This document shows positions 23,053-24,660 of a stretch of 24,660 nt of DNA, piece after piece. The notes under the pieces are model-generated. The model saw only the letters and a program-made list of their open reading frames with translations, searched no databases and was not told where the DNA came from. The DNA is from a virus. The number at the start of each line of letters is the position of its first letter. Within the stretch, counting starts at the first letter, position 1. The translations under genes were made by a program, and so were the position numbers. The stretch lies in the UHGV virus genome UHGV-2140017; one strand, given 5' to 3'.

Positions 23053-23267
23053 AGATCACCTATAGCGACGAAGGGGCTTACGCTCGCATCTGGCTGACCG
23101 GTCCATTTTGGCAACTGGCTAAGGCAAGGCGTATTGCGGATGCGGGTCTGGACGAGTCCCCGGTCAATACCTGGGAGTCTCGCGGCATCACCTTCCAGAT
23201 CACCCTGTACGGGAAAAGCGCATATGTGCTCAGGGCGTATAAGGCCATGGCGAGGGCATCCAAATGA
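23049..23267 (+). CDS. Hypothetical nin-region protein (72 aa)
   Basis: ATGA overlap with the upstream stop. No family recognised. Confidence 0.4.
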   Translation: MKITYSDEGAYARIWLTGPFWQLAKARRIADAGLDESPVNTWESRGITFQITLYGKSAYVLRAYKAMARASK

Positions 23268-23404
23268 GCCGTGACGTTATCGAACGCATCCGCGACCGCT
23301 GGATAAAGCTTCGCCTTTTACGCAGCAGCGGCACCGTACTGGTTGACTACCGCATCCTCAAGAATTTCGTTCGCATCTATCAGACCCTGGGAGAGAAAGC
23401 ATGA
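23264..23404 (+). CDS. Hypothetical 46-aa protein, absent from the ORF track
   Basis: MSRDVIERIRDRWIKLRLLRSSGTVLVDYRILKNFVRIYQTLGEKA; ATGA overlaps at both ends link it into the ninG-to-Q2 chain. Confidence 0.35.
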   Translation: MSRDVIERIRDRWIKLRLLRSSGTVLVDYRILKNFVRIYQTLGEKA

Positions 23405-24093
23405 TTAACACTCAATACCTCCAGTATGTTCGCCAGCAGCTGATAGTGGCCACCGCCGATCTGAGCGGCGCGACGAAAGGGCAACTGGTAGCCTTTGCTG
23501 AGAATGCTCAATTCGCGGCGACGGCGCGCAGCCGGGGAAGGAAGAAAGTAGCCGATCCGGTCACCGGGCGCATGGTAAACCCATCAAACCCGCCAATCCC
23601 CGGACAGCAGTCCCGCGCGAAAGGTTCCGCAATCGCCCTCGTTATGCCCGTTGAGTACTCGACAGCCAGCTGGCGCCGCGCGCTGCTGTCGCTGGAAGAG
23701 CATCAGAAAGCGTGGCTGCTCTGGAACTACAGCGACAATATCCGCTGGGAGAACCAGGAGACGATCACCCGGTGGGCATGGGAGCAATTCAAAGAAAAGC
23801 TGGCCGGTGTGCGCATTGCAAAGAAAACAGTCGATCGCCTGCGTCAGCTTATCTGGCTGGCGGCGCAGGATGTGAAAGCCGAGCTGGCAGGCCGGGAGAC
23901 TTATGAATACCAAAAGCTTGCTTCTGTGGTCGGCGTGACCCCGAAGAACTGGTCAGAAACGTTTACGGAGCGGTGGGAGGAGATGAAAAGGACCTTGCTG
24001 AGCCTTGATAGCGATTCTCTTTTGCAGGTTACGCGATCACGTTCACAACAAAAGGCGACAAATTTAGACTCAAGTCTTGCAAAACTGGATTAA
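23401..24093 (+). CDS. Putative Q-like late antiterminator (QuuQ-type by position and size), cysteine-free
   Basis: 230-aa W-rich protein in the Q position: after ninB-ninE-ninG, directly upstream of a promoter-like element and a hairpin+T6 terminator. No cysteines, so not a lambda/82/21-type zinc-finger Q. Possible C-terminal HTH (QKLASVVGVTPKNWSETF). Confidence 0.4.
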   Translation: MINTQYLQYVRQQLIVATADLSGATKGQLVAFAENAQFAATARSRGRKKVADPVTGRMVNPSNPPIPGQQSRAKGSAIALVMPVEYSTASWRRALLSLEEHQKAWLLWNYSDNIRWENQETITRWAWEQFKEKLAGVRIAKKTVDRLRQLIWLAAQDVKAELAGRETYEYQKLASVVGVTPKNWSETFTERWEEMKRTLLSLDSDSLLQVTRSRSQQKATNLDSSLAKLD

Positions 24094-24106
24094 ATGAGTC
24101 ATATTT
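24077..24106 (+). promoter_or_regulatory. Candidate late promoter downstream of the Q-like gene
   Basis: TTGCAA-N17-CATATT followed by TTTGAGTCACC, overlapping the end of the Q-like gene. Weak -10. Confidence 0.35.
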
Positions 24107-24182
24107 GAGTCACCTTTGATATGCTGCCTTAACTTTAAGTGGCGGCATGAAGATGATAGTCGCACACCAGTTTGCAAAGTTA

Positions 24183-24208
24183 GCCTCGGCATCCGCCGGG
24201 GCTTTTTT
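24183..24208 (+). terminator. Intrinsic terminator closing a ~100 nt leader RNA (tR'-like)
   Basis: GCCTCGGC-ATCC-GCCGGGGC hairpin (8 bp, one G-U) followed by TTTTTTAT. Confidence 0.6.
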
Positions 24209-24454
24209 ATGTCCGCAATCCGGTCAGGGCTCTTGAGTGAATGCGTGCCGCACTACACGTTGAAGCTCATACGCGAGAGTCCTGAGCCAAATTGCTGATT
24301 TTGCTCAGCAGCGCCAGATAATGGCCTGACCTGATGACGGGCTCATAATCCAATCCATCAGGGGCGTTGTTAGCGCAACGCCAAAGGCCGCCATATCCCC
24401 TGCCTTGGGACCCTTACGGCTACCGCGCCGTCATTTTTACCCTTGGTATTCCTT

Positions 24455-24476
24455 CCCGCCTTGAGCGGGTTTTTTA
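24455..24476 (+). terminator. Second intrinsic terminator in the late leader
   Basis: CCCGC-CTTGA-GCGGG hairpin followed by TTTTTTATTAT. Confidence 0.5.
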
Positions 24477-24590
24477 TTATCAGGTCCCGCAGGAATCATC
24501 ATCGACATGCTTCGTTGTTAAATCCAGCCTGACGGGCCTGACCCCTTTTAAAACACACAGCTTCCCGATCTTTCATCGGAGGCGGTAACT

Positions 24591-24660
24591 ATGGCTAAAC
24601 GTATGCAAGACAAAGAGAGCATTGCCGGGATGTCCTGGCTGGTTCTGCTGATCATTGCTT
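24591..24660 (+). CDS. 5' end of first gene after the Q2 leader (truncated by window end); possibly a holin-like membrane protein
   Basis: ATG preceded by GGAGG at ~8 nt; MAKRMQDKESIAGMSWLVLLIIA is a charged N-terminus followed by a hydrophobic segment. Only 23 codons visible. Confidence 0.4.
   Translation, partial: MAKRMQDKESIAGMSWLVLLIIA

Noticed and set aside
24116-24588. 60-aa and 73-aa plus-strand ORFs in the late leader
   Set aside because: They span terminator hairpins and palindromes, lack RBSs and have junk-like composition; the region is better read as a structured non-coding leader.
24591-24660. Confident holin assignment for the truncated gene at the window end
   Set aside because: Only 23 codons are visible and the N-terminus does not match lambda S or phage 21 S as I recall them; kept as a low-confidence partial CDS.

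Overview
This window reads as the interior of a lambdoid (lambda/CPS-53-like) enterobacterial prophage, almost entirely phage genes. A classical immunity switch sits at 12.9-14.0 kb: cro on the minus strand, cI on the plus strand, three ACAG-N6-CTGT operators between them and two more downstream of cI. Leftward of cro (minus strand) runs an early operon: CII-like regulator, a small DUF4222 ORF missed by the ORF track, an O-like replication initiator with an embedded iteron array, a Dam-type N6-adenine methyltransferase, a large C5-cytosine methyltransferase with seven tandem TRD-like modules, a LexA-N-domain protein, RusA, a KilA-N protein, a DUF968 protein and a lambda-type Q antiterminator with a lambda-like PR'/tR' unit. 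Downstream of that Q lie a small HTH gene, a third (beta-class, DPPY) methyltransferase, an AT-rich HNH-AP2 homing endonuclease and a TerB-like gene. Rightward of cI (plus strand) are a 77-aa first gene, a convergent 156-aa coiled-coil/zinc-ribbon gene with its own terminator, an ORF-poor hairpin-dense 0.8 kb segment, then a translationally coupled operon (YfdQ/YfdR-like, ParB-like, DUF551, NinB, NinE, NinG) ending in a second, cysteine-free Q-like gene with its own promoter/terminator leader. No rRNA, tRNA, CRISPR array, integrase or transposase was found. The candidates most worth follow-up are the cI-proximal convergent gene pair, the ORF-poor structured segment, the multi-module C5 methyltransferase and the two outward-facing antiterminator modules. 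All functional calls rest on motif recognition by eye and gene order, with no database search. Non-coding coordinates are approximate to a few nt, and between about 15060 and 16320 my line indexing drifted by 2 nt against the ORF track, so those positions are track-corrected estimates.
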